The notes under the pieces: model-generated
Seen by the model: only the letters and a program-made list of their open reading frames with translations
What the model was told of the DNA's origin: nothing
The model's database searches: none
Part shown: positions 63,727 to 64,000 of the stretch, piece after piece
Layout of the letters: every line of letters starts with the position of its first letter
How positions within the stretch are numbered: position 1 is the first letter of the stretch
DNA from: Rhodosorus marinus CCMP1338
Taxonomy: Eukaryota > Plantae > Rhodophyta
Length of the DNA stretch: 64,000 bases
Assembly (NCBI GenBank): GCA_029953675.1
Contig: JAMWBK010000002.1
Span: forward strand, 1,054,001-1,118,000
Reading direction: 5' to 3'
Made by a program: the position numbers and the translations under genes

Positions 63727-63998
63727 TCGAAGGCTATATGAATGCCACGAACTGGATCGGGGCCTTCTTCAATTCCTTCTTTGTAATCGTAAGGGCCTGG
63801 AGATTTTGATTTATTTCCAATCGTACATTGATAGTCTTTTGGAGTTGTCGAGGCCACCTGAATGCCACGACTAGGCTACCCCGTTCACATCCTGCATTTC
63901 TGATTGTACTGTAACGACTGTAGCTGTTGATTCATTTTCAATCGTAGATTTGTTTCCTTTGGGAGAGTATCGAGGGCTATTTGAAGGCCACAACTGGA
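63727..63998. repeat. Three degenerate ~121-bp tandem units
   Basis: tcga(a)ggc..tgaa(t/g)gccac..act recurs at 63727, 63848 and 63970; aatcgta recurs at 63820 and 63941. Confidence 0.6.
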
Positions 63999-64000
63999 GT

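Noticed and set aside
1-64000. CRISPR array, rRNA, Fanzor/TnpB or LTR retroelement
   Set aside because: I saw no repeat-spacer array, rRNA signature, RuvC motifs or gag-pol/LTR structure.

Overview
Gene-dense eukaryotic nuclear DNA with many short GT-AG introns. It is probably a red alga; this is inferred from a CP12 lacking the N-terminal Cys pair and from the compact intron-rich genes. Recognisable genes are CP12 (partial), a GBF1/GNOM-type Sec7 ARF-GEF, ISY1, MARCHF6/Doa10, an intronless ABCG half-transporter, a GON4L/DUO3-like protein, an atypical bZIP-like protein, CDK5RAP3/C53, UreG, NAA40, a CBM48+SPRY protein, a divergent ubiquitin-fold protein, RPA1, SurE, tRNA-Met(CAT) and tRNA-Glu(TTC). 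Accessory DNA includes two remnants of a CRE-like non-LTR retrotransposon (one directly behind tRNA-Met), a frameshifted SMP-30-like beta-propeller gene, a foldback element with an internal inversion, and several orphan ORFs. The most striking unexplained signal is a ~310-nt GC-rich, end-to-end base-paired non-coding island at 20090-20400 that I could not assign to a known RNA family. All assignments are by-eye motif recognition; no searches or folding programs were run.
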